This document shows positions 1 to 7,842 of a stretch of DNA of 43,330 nt, in pieces. Position 1 is the first letter of the stretch. Each line of letters begins with the position of its first letter. The position numbers were made by a program, and so were the translations under genes. Origin of the DNA: Chloroflexia bacterium (GTDB lineage: Bacteria; Chloroflexota; Chloroflexia; Thermomicrobiales; UBA6265); contig JACCXM010000368.1 in NCBI GenBank assembly GCA_013697005.1, positions 1 through 43,330 of the forward strand. Direction: 5' to 3'. Under the pieces are notes generated by a model. The model saw only the letters and a program-made list of their open reading frames with translations. It was not told the origin of the DNA and ran no database searches.

Positions 1-110
1 GCCAACGTCTTGGTGATCGCCGCCGTCAAGCTCGTCTTGCCGTGATCGACGTGCCCGATCGTCCCCACATTCACATGCGGCTTGGTCCGGCTGAACTTCT
101 GCTTCCCCAT
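1..110 (-). CDS. tuf: Elongation factor Tu, N-terminal fragment (gene continues beyond window start)
   Basis: The reverse complement from ATG (complement of 108-110) reads [36 protein letters not shown], the canonical EF-Tu N-terminus with the GHVDHGKT P-loop. It is open to the window edge. tRNA genes lie upstream, as in the classic tRNA-tufB arrangement. Confidence 0.9.
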   Translation of the reverse strand, partial: MGKQKFSRTKPHVNVGTIGHVDHGKTSLTAAITKTL

Positions 111-184
111 CGCCCCTCGCTCCTCTCTCTTCAGTAATTAGGCGTCCCAGTCAAACTCCGGCCGAGATCGACACGCGCAACATA

Positions 185-210
185 ACGAGAGGCTCAAAGG
201 AGCCTCTCGT
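185..210 (-). terminator. Perfect 11-bp stem hairpin between tRNA-Thr and tuf; possible leaky terminator or processing structure
   Basis: ACGAGAGGCTC (185-195), 4-nt loop, GAGCCTCTCGT (200-210). On the minus-strand transcript the hairpin is followed by UUAUGUUG, which is moderately U-rich. The function is inferred. Confidence 0.35.
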
Positions 211-225
211 CGTTTCGGCTCTTGC

Positions 226-301
<76 letters not shown>

Positions 302-343
302 CCATGGCGACGGTCGCCCCGGAATGTCATCGGTAGCGGCCGG

Positions 344-424
344 TGGGCAAGGGCGGATTCGAACCACCGTAGCTTTCGCACCTGATTTACAGTCAGGCCC
401 ATTTAACCACTCTGGCACTTGCCC
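344..424 (-). tRNA. tRNA-Tyr (anticodon GUA), type II with long variable arm, CCA not encoded
   Basis: Reverse complement: acceptor GGGCAAG/CTTGCCC, anticodon stem CCTGA/TCAGG with loop CTGTAAA, 12-nt variable arm, T arm GGTGG-TTCGAAT-CCGCC, discriminator A. Confidence 0.92.
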
Positions 425-462
425 AAGCGCCTTTATGCGGCACGCGCAGAACGGCGCACAAA

Positions 463-491
463 AGTATACCGAGGCACGCCCTTTGCTACAA
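463..491 (-). promoter_or_regulatory. Candidate sigma70-type promoter for the tRNA-Tyr/tRNA-Thr(/tuf) unit
   Basis: The minus strand reads TTGTAG (complement of 486-491), a 17-nt spacer, then TATACT (complement of 463-468). This lies about 35-40 nt upstream of the tRNA-Tyr 5' end. Hexamer match only. Confidence 0.4.
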
Positions 492-638
492 CTCGGTAAA
501 TCTGAAATGGCTACCCTTCAGCGCCCGGCTTGCGAGTAAACGAACATGGCCCTACGATGGCAGCACGATAATAGTTCCATCGGCACGTTTTCGGGGGATC
601 GGGGAAGGTCCACCCGTCGTCCACGAAGAGGCTGAACC

Positions 639-1484
639 ATGCCAGGTCTTCGCTCGGTCCATCCGAGGCTTCCGCTGGTTGCTATCGGCGCCTTTGCGTT
701 GCTGACGCTCGCCGCCTGCGGCGATGAGGCGCCGGCTCCTACCTCGACCGTCGAGTCGGCCGCGACCGAACCCGCAACGGACGAAGGGACACCGGCACCG
801 CCGGCTGACGAGGCCACCACCGAGGCGACCCCCGCCGCGGATAGTACTCCTCTCGCCGCGGCCACCCCTCGCGCGAGCGGGACGCCGCTCTTGGCGACTC
901 CGGTGGCTGATGCCGGAACAGCGGCAACCCCAGCCGGCTCATTGGCCGCGGCGGCAACTCCCATTTCCGTTGCCGCCACGCCCGCAACGCCAGTTGCGAG
1001 TCCCGCTCCAGCATTGGCGACTCCAGTTGCCGTGGTTGTTCCGACTGAAGAACCGACGAACACTCCGGCGCCACCCACCAGGACACCGGTGCCTCCGACC
1101 AACACACCGGAGCCAACGTCAACGCCTGAGCCAACAGCTACACCAGAACCCACGGCGACTTCAGTGCCGACAGTTACGCCGGTGCCACCGACGAATACCC
1201 CGGTTCCCACTAGCACTCCAGAACCGACGAATACTCCAGTGCCTCCCACCATCACGCCCGCTCCGGCTACGAACACACCAATACCGACAAGTACTCCCGA
1301 GCCAACGAGTACGCCTGAACCGACAAACACACCGGTGCCGCCGACCAATACGCCCGCGCCGACCAATACGCCACGCCCAACGAGTACACCGCGTCCGACA
1401 AGCACACCGCGTCCGACAAGCACACCACAACCGGCGAGTGCGGCTCCGACCTCTGCGCCCCTGCCGCCACCGCCTGGAGGATGA
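639..1484 (+). CDS. Predicted lipoprotein whose mature part is entirely Ala/Thr/Pro/Glu-rich low complexity (PT-repeat surface protein)
   Basis: The N-terminus MPGLRSVHPRLPLVAIGAFALLTLAAC has a basic n-region, a hydrophobic core and an L-A-A-C lipobox (Cys27). The rest is (P-T-x-T-P-x)n. The stop overlaps the next gene's ATG (ATGA). The other two long ORFs over this stretch are frame or antisense shadows of the repeat. Confidence 0.65.
   Translation: MPGLRSVHPRLPLVAIGAFALLTLAACGDEAPAPTSTVESAATEPATDEGTPAPPADEATTEATPAADSTPLAAATPRASGTPLLATPVADAGTAATPAGSLAAAATPISVAATPATPVASPAPALATPVAVVVPTEEPTNTPAPPTRTPVPPTNTPEPTSTPEPTATPEPTATSVPTVTPVPPTNTPVPTSTPEPTNTPVPPTITPAPATNTPIPTSTPEPTSTPEPTNTPVPPTNTPAPTNTPRPTSTPRPTSTPRPTSTPQPASAAPTSAPLPPPPGG
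1044..1442 (+). repeat. In-frame degenerate 18-bp (6-codon) tandem repeat array encoding PTNTP/PTSTPEPT units
   Basis: The protein reads ...PTNTPEPTSTPEPTATPEPTAT...PTSTPEPTSTPEPTNTPVPPTNTPAPTNTPRPTSTPRPTSTPRPTSTPQPAS. At 1368-1439 there are four consecutive 18-bp units, and units 1386-1403 and 1404-1421 are identical (acaccgcgtccgacaagc). Confidence 0.85.
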
Positions 1485-2416
1485 TCGGACATTCCGGAGT
1501 GTCGACTCACGACGTAGGCGATGGGAGACACGATTCCAACCGCATCGTGCGCGATGTCACGGTGGTTGAAGTCGGTCCGCGTGACGGACTTCAGAACGAG
1601 GCGAACTCCGTTCCGACTGCGGCGAAGGTGGCATTTGTCGACGCGTTGTCGGACGCTGGACTGCCCATTGTCGAAGTTACCAGCTTCGTCCATCCCAAAT
1701 TAGTGCCGCAGCTTGCGGATGCGGCGGAGGTCATGGCGGCCATCCACCGCAGCCCTGGGGTTCGCTATCCGGTCCTTGTTCCTAACGAGCAAGGGCTAGC
1801 CCGCGCGCTGGGTGCAGACGTCGACGCCATTGCGCTGTTCACAGCGGCCTCGGAAGCGTTTGCCTCGGCCAACGTAGCCGCCACGATCGACGAAACGTTT
1901 GAGCGATTCGCGCCAGTCGTAGCGCATGCCGCCACTCGCAACATCTGGATTCGCGGATACATCTCTGTATCGTTCGGATGTCCATATTCCGGCGCTGTTT
2001 CTGCCTCTGCGGTCGCTGCTGTCGCCGAGCGGTTGCTTGCTCTCGGTTGTGATGAAATCTGTCTCGCTGATACGATCGGCGTGGCGACATCGCGCGACGT
2101 ACAACACACGCTTAGCGCCATGCAGCAGATCGTTCCGATCCAGAGGCTCGCGCTGCATTTTCACGATACGTCTGGGAACGCGCTGCGAAATGTAGAAGCT
2201 GGTCTCGACTACGGGGTTCGCATTTTCGATTCGGCAGCAGGAGGTCTGGGAGGCTGCCCCTTTGCGCCCGGCGCTCCTGGCAACCTCGCAACTGAGGATC
2301 TCATTGCGATGCTCGACGGTGCAGGATTGCGCACGGGCGTTGCGGTTGAAGGGCTCACCAGGGCGGTTGCGATTCTCGCCCCGTACCTCACAGCTCCTCG
2401 GTTCGCCAACGCATGA
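1481..2416 (+). CDS. Hydroxymethylglutaryl-CoA lyase (HMGL-like aldolase family)
   Basis: VEVGPRDGLQNE motif near the N-terminus, plus HFHDT and GLGGCPFAPGAxGN motifs typical of HMG-CoA lyase. The start is uncertain: ATG 1481 overlaps the upstream stop, and GTG 1547 is an alternative. Confidence 0.85.
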   Translation: MIGHSGVSTHDVGDGRHDSNRIVRDVTVVEVGPRDGLQNEANSVPTAAKVAFVDALSDAGLPIVEVTSFVHPKLVPQLADAAEVMAAIHRSPGVRYPVLVPNEQGLARALGADVDAIALFTAASEAFASANVAATIDETFERFAPVVAHAATRNIWIRGYISVSFGCPYSGAVSASAVAAVAERLLALGCDEICLADTIGVATSRDVQHTLSAMQQIVPIQRLALHFHDTSGNALRNVEAGLDYGVRIFDSAAGGLGGCPFAPGAPGNLATEDLIAMLDGAGLRTGVAVEGLTRAVAILAPYLTAPRFANA

Positions 2417-2490
2417 TTGGTTTCTGGGTCGTGATCGCCATGGTCATCACTGCCGTGATCGCGGTCATGGTGGTCATCCAAAAGGACTAA
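2413..2490 (+). CDS. Candidate 25-aa single-pass hydrophobic micro-protein
   Basis: ATG 2413 overlaps the lyase TGA (ATGA). It translates to MIGFWVVIAMVITAVIAVMVVIQKD, one TM helix with a charged C-terminus. Third codon positions are mostly G/C, as in neighbouring genes. It is too short for the ORF track. Confidence 0.35.
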   Translation: MIGFWVVIAMVITAVIAVMVVIQKD

Positions 2491-2524
2491 AACGAGACGG
2501 TCATGCTGACCGTGTTGATGCGCC

Positions 2525-3637
2525 ATGGAGGGGTTCACGTTGGAACCGCACGCTTACGATTTTCTTCGTCGGCTCCTGGATGCTCCCGGTCCTTCAGGTT
2601 ACGAACACGCGCCGGCTCAGGTATGGCGAGAAGAAGCCGCGACGTTTGCTGACGAGGTGACGCATGACGTCGTCGGAAACTCGATCGCTCGCATAGGTGC
2701 GCGTGAGGACGCCAAGGACGCACCCAGAGTCCTTCTCGCTGGCCACATTGACGAGATCGGATTCGTCGTGTCGCATATCGATAAAGAAGGCTTTCTGTGG
2801 GTCTCTCCGCTCGGCGGGTGGGACGATCAAATCGTGGTCGGTCAACGGCTGCGTATTCTTGGTGGCGACGGCGACGTCCTGGGGGTGATTGGCAAGAAAG
2901 CGGCACATCTTCTGAAGGAAGAGGATCGTCGTCGACCCACACGACTAGATGAAATGTGGATCGACATCGGTGCCAAGGACCGAGCCGACGCGGCGCGGCG
3001 GGTGACAGTCGGAGACCCGGCCGTCATTGACTCTCGCCTCATCGAATTGACCGATGATATCTGTGTGGCACGCAGCATTGACAATCGAGTTGGCGCCTTC
3101 GTTGCGCTGGAGGCAGCGCGCCTGATCTCGGAAAATCGCGGCCAAGCAGAGGTTTACGCGGTTGCCACCGCCCAGGAAGAAACCACGTTCGGTGGCGCTT
3201 ACACCGCCTCATTCACGATCAGACCGCACGTTGCCATTGCGATTGACGTAACCCACGCCACCGACTATCCCGGCGCCAACAAGAAAGGCGACCACGAAGT
3301 GGAGGTCGGAGGCGGTCCTGTTCTGGGACGTGGCGCAACAATCAATGACGGTGTGTTTCGCGGTCTGCGCCACGCCGCCAGCGAACTTGGAATCGAAATC
3401 GCGATCCAAGCCAATGGCCGCTCGAGCGGCACCGATGCCGACGCCATGATCCATTCGGGACAGGGCACCGCAACGGGCGTCGTCTCGATTCCCAATCGCT
3501 ATATGCACTCCCCAAATGAGATGGTAAGCCTTTCCGACATCCAGAATGCCGCCAAATTGATCGCTGGGTTCATTCGCGATTTGACGCCAGAGAGCGACTT
3601 CCGGCCTGGGTCGCACAATTGGGGAAAGAGTGCCTGA
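2525..3637 (+). CDS. M42 family metallopeptidase (glutamyl aminopeptidase / FrvX-YsdC-like)
   Basis: N-terminal LLDAPGPSGYE and AGHIDEIGFVV motifs, the length (370 aa) and the C-terminal IPNRYMHSPNE motif are characteristic of the M42 family. Confidence 0.85.
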   Translation: MEGFTLEPHAYDFLRRLLDAPGPSGYEHAPAQVWREEAATFADEVTHDVVGNSIARIGAREDAKDAPRVLLAGHIDEIGFVVSHIDKEGFLWVSPLGGWDDQIVVGQRLRILGGDGDVLGVIGKKAAHLLKEEDRRRPTRLDEMWIDIGAKDRADAARRVTVGDPAVIDSRLIELTDDICVARSIDNRVGAFVALEAARLISENRGQAEVYAVATAQEETTFGGAYTASFTIRPHVAIAIDVTHATDYPGANKKGDHEVEVGGGPVLGRGATINDGVFRGLRHAASELGIEIAIQANGRSSGTDADAMIHSGQGTATGVVSIPNRYMHSPNEMVSLSDIQNAAKLIAGFIRDLTPESDFRPGSHNWGKSA

Positions 3638-3646
3638 CGCGTTAAC

Positions 3647-4027
3647 TCAGGCACGCACCACAATGCGCCCACCCTTGGCGATAACGAGGTACTCGCCGCT
3701 TTCGCGACGGAAAAGAATCTCGATCCCAGTCACAAGCTGCACGGTTGCGATTTTTGTAAACACTACGGCTGCACCGGCGCCGATTGCATCGATGCGGCGC
3801 AACGAAGGCCAGAGTGTTACTAACGCGGATGGCCGTCCCCGCGATCCCTCAACGGTGAATTGATAGACGGCGGCGCCGGGAAGTTGAAACGGAGCAAGAC
3901 TGAGCTGGGCGTCGATCGCAGCCGCAATCGTGTCGATCATGTCATCCCGATAAGGCACCGTGTGCAAACGTGAGCCAGTGTCAATTGGCTCATCCTCCTG
4001 ATTCGCCATGATCTCATCCCAATCCAA
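3647..4027 (-). CDS. Hypothetical protein, 126 aa, no recognisable domain
   Basis: Clean ORF convergent with the M42 peptidase gene. I recognise no motifs, so coding status rests on ORF length only. Confidence 0.45.
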   Translation of the reverse strand: MDWDEIMANQEDEPIDTGSRLHTVPYRDDMIDTIAAAIDAQLSLAPFQLPGAAVYQFTVEGSRGRPSALVTLWPSLRRIDAIGAGAAVVFTKIATVQLVTGIEILFRRESGEYLVIAKGGRIVVRA

Positions 4028-4093
4028 GCACGCCCGTGTCTATAATGCCCCATCGCAATCGAACCATGACGCAAAATTGATCGCCGGGCGTAG

Positions 4094-4378
4094 GTCCAGT
4101 CGCGCACCGGACAGGAGCTCGAAAGCGTGCTGCAACCGGCCTCAGGAACGATGGGGATTGCCGCCGCGGCGCGTAAAGCTCGGCCCGCAAATGACGAGGA
4201 AGTTCTCGCTGGGTTGCGGCTGCTTTTGGAGCGAACGAAAACGCTGGTCGAGCCAGCAGGCGCAGCGGCGACCGCGGCGTTCTTGACTGGAAAAGCGGGC
4301 GCTAGATCTAGTTCGCGCGCGGTCGCAACCTTGAGCGGCGGAAATGTCGATTCCGAAAAGTTGAAGAGCTTGCTCTAG
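4094..4378 (+). pseudogene. C-terminal remnant of a PLP-dependent threonine dehydratase / serine racemase-family gene
   Basis: The frame is open from 4094 with a possible GTG at 4127. The segment DEEVLAGLRLLLERTKTLVEPAGAAATAAFLTGK...ATLSGGNVDSEKLKSLL matches the conserved C-terminal end of fold-type II PLP enzymes (ilvA/tdcB-like). The roughly 250 aa N-terminal part, including the PLP-lysine motif, is absent. Confidence 0.5.
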
Positions 4379-4412
4379 GGAATTTCGCGGTGATTGCAAT
4401 CAAGGGGAGTCG

Positions 4413-4928
4413 ATGAAAAGAGCTGTTGTCGTAGCCGTTGCCGGGATACTGTTCGGCGCCACGGTTCTGATCGATCGGAACGCGGCAACTTCACTCGCGT
4501 TTCAGGCGACACCGGAGTCCGCGAGTCTGGTCGCGATCTCGAATGAAGTGCTGGGCAGTACGTCTCCGGTGGATGTCGAGAATCCAGAGCTTTCCCTCAG
4601 CCGGGTCACCATCATGCCCGGCGCGGGAACACCTGTTCACTACCATCCAGGCACCGAGATTGGTCTTCTCGTGCAAGGAGAGCTCACGTACACCGTCTTC
4701 ACTGGGGAGATCACCTGGTACAGCGCAGAACGTGACGATCCGGAACCGTATGGCATCAAACCGGGAGAAACGGTCGTCGTCCGTCCTGGCGGCGTTTTGA
4801 TAGAGTCTCCACTTTCCATCCATCAGGGTCGCAATGAGGGCGCCGTGCCAGTGGTCATCTACCTTTCGGCGCTTTTTCCCGAAGACTCACCGCGTTCCAT
4901 CATCGCCGAAGCCACGCCGGTTCCCTGA
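4413..4928 (+). CDS. Secreted cupin-domain protein
   Basis: GGGGAG Shine-Dalgarno before the ATG. N-terminal signal-like MKRAVVVAVAGILFGATVLI. Cupin motif PVHYHPGTEIGLLVQGEL, followed by a second conserved strand region with SIHQGRNEG. Confidence 0.75.
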   Translation: MKRAVVVAVAGILFGATVLIDRNAATSLAFQATPESASLVAISNEVLGSTSPVDVENPELSLSRVTIMPGAGTPVHYHPGTEIGLLVQGELTYTVFTGEITWYSAERDDPEPYGIKPGETVVVRPGGVLIESPLSIHQGRNEGAVPVVIYLSALFPEDSPRSIIAEATPVP

Positions 4929-4935
4929 TCGGCAA

Positions 4936-6162
4936 ATGAGGAAAATGAATAAGCCGGCTCTGCTTGACCGACATCGACAACGCCTGTTTGATGCACCAGC
5001 GACGGCGGCCGATCCTATCGGCATTTACATTCATATCCCGTTTTGCTCGCACATTTGCCCGTATTGTGACTTCAATACGTATGCCGGAAAGGAATCGTTA
5101 ATCCCCTCGTATCTCGATGCGTTGCAGTGCGAAACGGCATTCTGGGCACGCGATTTTGGCGGCCGGCGAGCGCAATCGATCTTCATCGGCGGTGGCACAC
5201 CGTCGCTGCTAAACCCAAAGCAAATCAGGGGTCTTCTTGATACCTGCCGCGCCGAATTCAGCATGGAAAAGGGTGCGGAAGTCACGATTGAATCGAATCC
5301 GAACGACGTTTCTCTTCGGTACTGTGTGGGATTGCTCGAGGCCGGTGTGAATCGGATCAGCATTGGCGCGCAAACCCTGGATCGGCCTGGGTTGAGGGTG
5401 CTGGGTCGGCTCCATGAATCGGACACGGTATCGAGCGCGGTTTCGGCCGCTCGGGACGCCGGCTTTGCTAATGTCAGTCTCGATCTCATCTACGGCTGGC
5501 CCGGCCAGTCCATCGCTACTTGGCACAATGATTTGGGTCAGATCATGGGTGGCGCGATCGGTGGCTCGATTCCGGACCATCTTTCGCTGTACGGGCTTAT
5601 CATCGAACCCGGTACGCCTATGGCAGATGCCGTCACGCGGGGTATCTTGTCGCCGGTCGACGAAGACACCTCCGCGGATTTTGCCGAACTCGCCGCCTCA
5701 TTGCTCGCCGCTGCTGGCTGGATTCATTACGAGATCGCCAATTGGTGTGCGGCGCCGAGAAATGCCTCCGTCCACAACGCGCTGTACTGGCGGAACGGTG
5801 ACTACGCGGGCATCGGCGCCGGCGCCCACGGACACGCCGGTCAACTTCGCACCATGAATCAGCCATCTCCTGCTCGATACACGAAAGTCGTGAGTTCTGG
5901 AGAATCGCCGCGCACCAATTTCGAAATAATCGACGCCAACACCGATAAAGTGGAAACGATGCTGTTGGGACTCCGGCTCATCCAGGATGGCGTTTCATTG
6001 GATCGGTTCCAATCTCGTCACGGGATCAGTTTGGAAGCGCATTTTGGGACTCAGATCGCGCACCTCCGCGATCAGGGTTTGCTCGAATGCGACGAGCATT
6101 CGGTACGACTGACCGTGCGCGGAGCAATGGTCGCAAACACCGTTTGCGCTGAGTTCCTGTAA
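4936..6162 (+). CDS. hemW: Radical SAM family heme chaperone HemW (HemN-like, oxygen-independent coproporphyrinogen oxidase family)
   Basis: IYIHIPFCSHICPYCDFN has the CxxxCxxC radical SAM motif, plus GGGTPS and a HemN C-terminal-like domain. I chose the start at ATG 4936 (MRKMNKP) because the longer ORF from 4834 overlaps the cupin gene. Confidence 0.85.
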   Translation: MRKMNKPALLDRHRQRLFDAPATAADPIGIYIHIPFCSHICPYCDFNTYAGKESLIPSYLDALQCETAFWARDFGGRRAQSIFIGGGTPSLLNPKQIRGLLDTCRAEFSMEKGAEVTIESNPNDVSLRYCVGLLEAGVNRISIGAQTLDRPGLRVLGRLHESDTVSSAVSAARDAGFANVSLDLIYGWPGQSIATWHNDLGQIMGGAIGGSIPDHLSLYGLIIEPGTPMADAVTRGILSPVDEDTSADFAELAASLLAAAGWIHYEIANWCAAPRNASVHNALYWRNGDYAGIGAGAHGHAGQLRTMNQPSPARYTKVVSSGESPRTNFEIIDANTDKVETMLLGLRLIQDGVSLDRFQSRHGISLEAHFGTQIAHLRDQGLLECDEHSVRLTVRGAMVANTVCAEFL

Positions 6163-6165
6163 GAC

Positions 6166-7548
6166 TTGGGCGGCGCCAACTCCATCCAACTTGCAGCTTA
6201 CGATCGTGCCTCACGTCTGCTCCTCGATCTCATCTTGTGTCAGAATCCAGGAATCTGCGGCGATCGGAGTAATCGCCAAACTGCAAGTGAAAGACTCGCC
6301 CATTCGCGCCGGTTGCTAGCCTCGCTCGATTACTCACCGAGCGCATATCCGATCGTCCACATCACGGGCACCTCAGGAAAAGGATCGACCGCGGCATCCG
6401 TCGCCGCCATCTTGACCGCGGCCGGGTATCGCGTTGGACTGAGAACATCACCATACCTCCAGGTGGCAACGGAAAAACTCCAGGTGGGATCACTGCTGGT
6501 AGATGGCAGTGCCTTGGACCGCATCAGTGCTCTGGTAACGAATGCTCATAATTCGCTCTTGACCAGGGACGGATCGGTGCAACGTCTTGGTCACGCCGAA
6601 GCCTGGATCGTTCTTTCACTCGTATGGTTTGCCGAGCGCAATGTCGATGCGGCGATCATCGAAGTTGGTGCTGGCGGCCGCTTCGATTCGACCAACATTG
6701 TGCAGCCGACGGTCAGCGTCATCACCAGCGTCGGCGTGGATCACGTCGCCACGCTTGGCCCGACGATTGCCGATATCGCCTGGCACAAGGCGGGAATCAT
6801 CAAACCCGGCGCAACCGTGATCGTCGGTGATACTCCTGCTGAGGCCTGGAAAGTGATCCTGGATGAGGCGGCTGCGGCAGATGTCAGGATCGTGCGCCCA
6901 TCATCAATGCAAGTCTCGCCTCCAAAAATGCTTCGCATGCCCGGCGCATTTCAGCAGCAGAACGCCGCGGTCGCCATCGCCACAATCGAAGCACTTGGCC
7001 ACCATGGGTTCACTATTCCCAAGTCTGCGATCGAAACCGGACTCTCAGAAGTTCGGCTTCCAGGTCGCCTGGAGCGTATGCCGCATCTAGGCTCCCCGAT
7101 TGTCTGGATTGACGGAGCCCATAACGCGGACAAGATTGCGGCGCTCACAGGGGAAATAGAACTCATCGCCGGCGATGGACCGCTGCCAGTTGTTGTGGTC
7201 GGAATGCTCGGCGCCAAAGACACCCGATCGATCGTTTCCAAACTGGCCCCGATCTCATCCACCATTATCGCGACGCAACCATCCGTCATCGGCCGTACAT
7301 CGCTTTCCGCAGAGGTTCTCGCGGCCCAAGTCCAGGCAAGCGCGTTTTCCGGCACCGTTTTACTCGAACTCGATCCGCACGCGGCCCTCCACCGCGCAGA
7401 GTCGCTGGCGAAAGCGCAAGGCGCGAGCGTCCTCGTAACTGGCTCAATGTATTTGGCCGGTCAAGTTCGGCGGCGATGGTATCCAGATGCCGAGATTGTG
7501 CTCCAGCGGACACCGTGGCCGATCATCGGCGCGGAGCGACCGTTATGA
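6166..7548 (+). CDS. folC: Folylpolyglutamate synthase / dihydrofolate synthase (Mur ligase family)
   Basis: P-loop HITGTSGKGST and motifs AWHKAGIIKPG and DGAHN are typical of FolC. TTG start 3 nt after the hemW stop. Confidence 0.8.
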   Translation: MGGANSIQLAAYDRASRLLLDLILCQNPGICGDRSNRQTASERLAHSRRLLASLDYSPSAYPIVHITGTSGKGSTAASVAAILTAAGYRVGLRTSPYLQVATEKLQVGSLLVDGSALDRISALVTNAHNSLLTRDGSVQRLGHAEAWIVLSLVWFAERNVDAAIIEVGAGGRFDSTNIVQPTVSVITSVGVDHVATLGPTIADIAWHKAGIIKPGATVIVGDTPAEAWKVILDEAAAADVRIVRPSSMQVSPPKMLRMPGAFQQQNAAVAIATIEALGHHGFTIPKSAIETGLSEVRLPGRLERMPHLGSPIVWIDGAHNADKIAALTGEIELIAGDGPLPVVVVGMLGAKDTRSIVSKLAPISSTIIATQPSVIGRTSLSAEVLAAQVQASAFSGTVLLELDPHAALHRAESLAKAQGASVLVTGSMYLAGQVRRRWYPDAEIVLQRTPWPIIGAERPL

Positions 7549-7842
7549 GCTGCCTGACCGCTCAGTGGCCTTGTATGCGACGAGTCCAACAACGAATGCG
7601 AGCAATCCGCCAAACATGAGAATCTTTCCGTAATCGATCAATGAGCTCGATGGCTGGAGAGTTGACGTGCCCATCCCGTAAATGACGAGACCGACCGATG
7701 AACCCACGGACCCTATTATCACGAGCCAGCCCCAGATATTCACATTCGGCTCCCCAATCCTATCGGTGATTTTTCGACGGATTCGAACTCTCGCTAGGGT
7801 ACCGGACGTCATCAGCCGCGTCGACCCTTGGGTGTCACTCAA
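7543..7842 (-). CDS. Small two-TM membrane protein, hypothetical
   Basis: Two hydrophobic helices (WGWLVIIGSVGSSVGLVIYGM and ILMFGGLLAFVVGLVAY). The TTG start overlaps the UPF0182 stop (TTGA), and an internal ATG start is possible. The 3' end overlaps folC convergently by 6 nt. Confidence 0.5.
   Translation of the reverse strand: MSDTQGSTRLMTSGTLARVRIRRKITDRIGEPNVNIWGWLVIIGSVGSSVGLVIYGMGTSTLQPSSSLIDYGKILMFGGLLAFVVGLVAYKATERSGSS

Noticed and set aside
1044-1442. A CRISPR array or other spaced-repeat array
   Set aside because: The repeats are contiguous 18-bp in-frame coding units with no unique spacers. I found no CRISPR-like repeat-spacer structure anywhere in the window.
518-1693. A 391-aa minus-strand ORF rich in GVLVG repeats, and a 281-aa plus-strand Arg/Pro-rich ORF (724-1569)
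   Set aside because: Both are antisense or frame-shifted shadows of the Pro/Thr repeat. Codons of the ACN/CCN type stay open in several frames. Only the 639-1484 frame has a signal peptide with a lipobox and stop-start coupling to the next gene.
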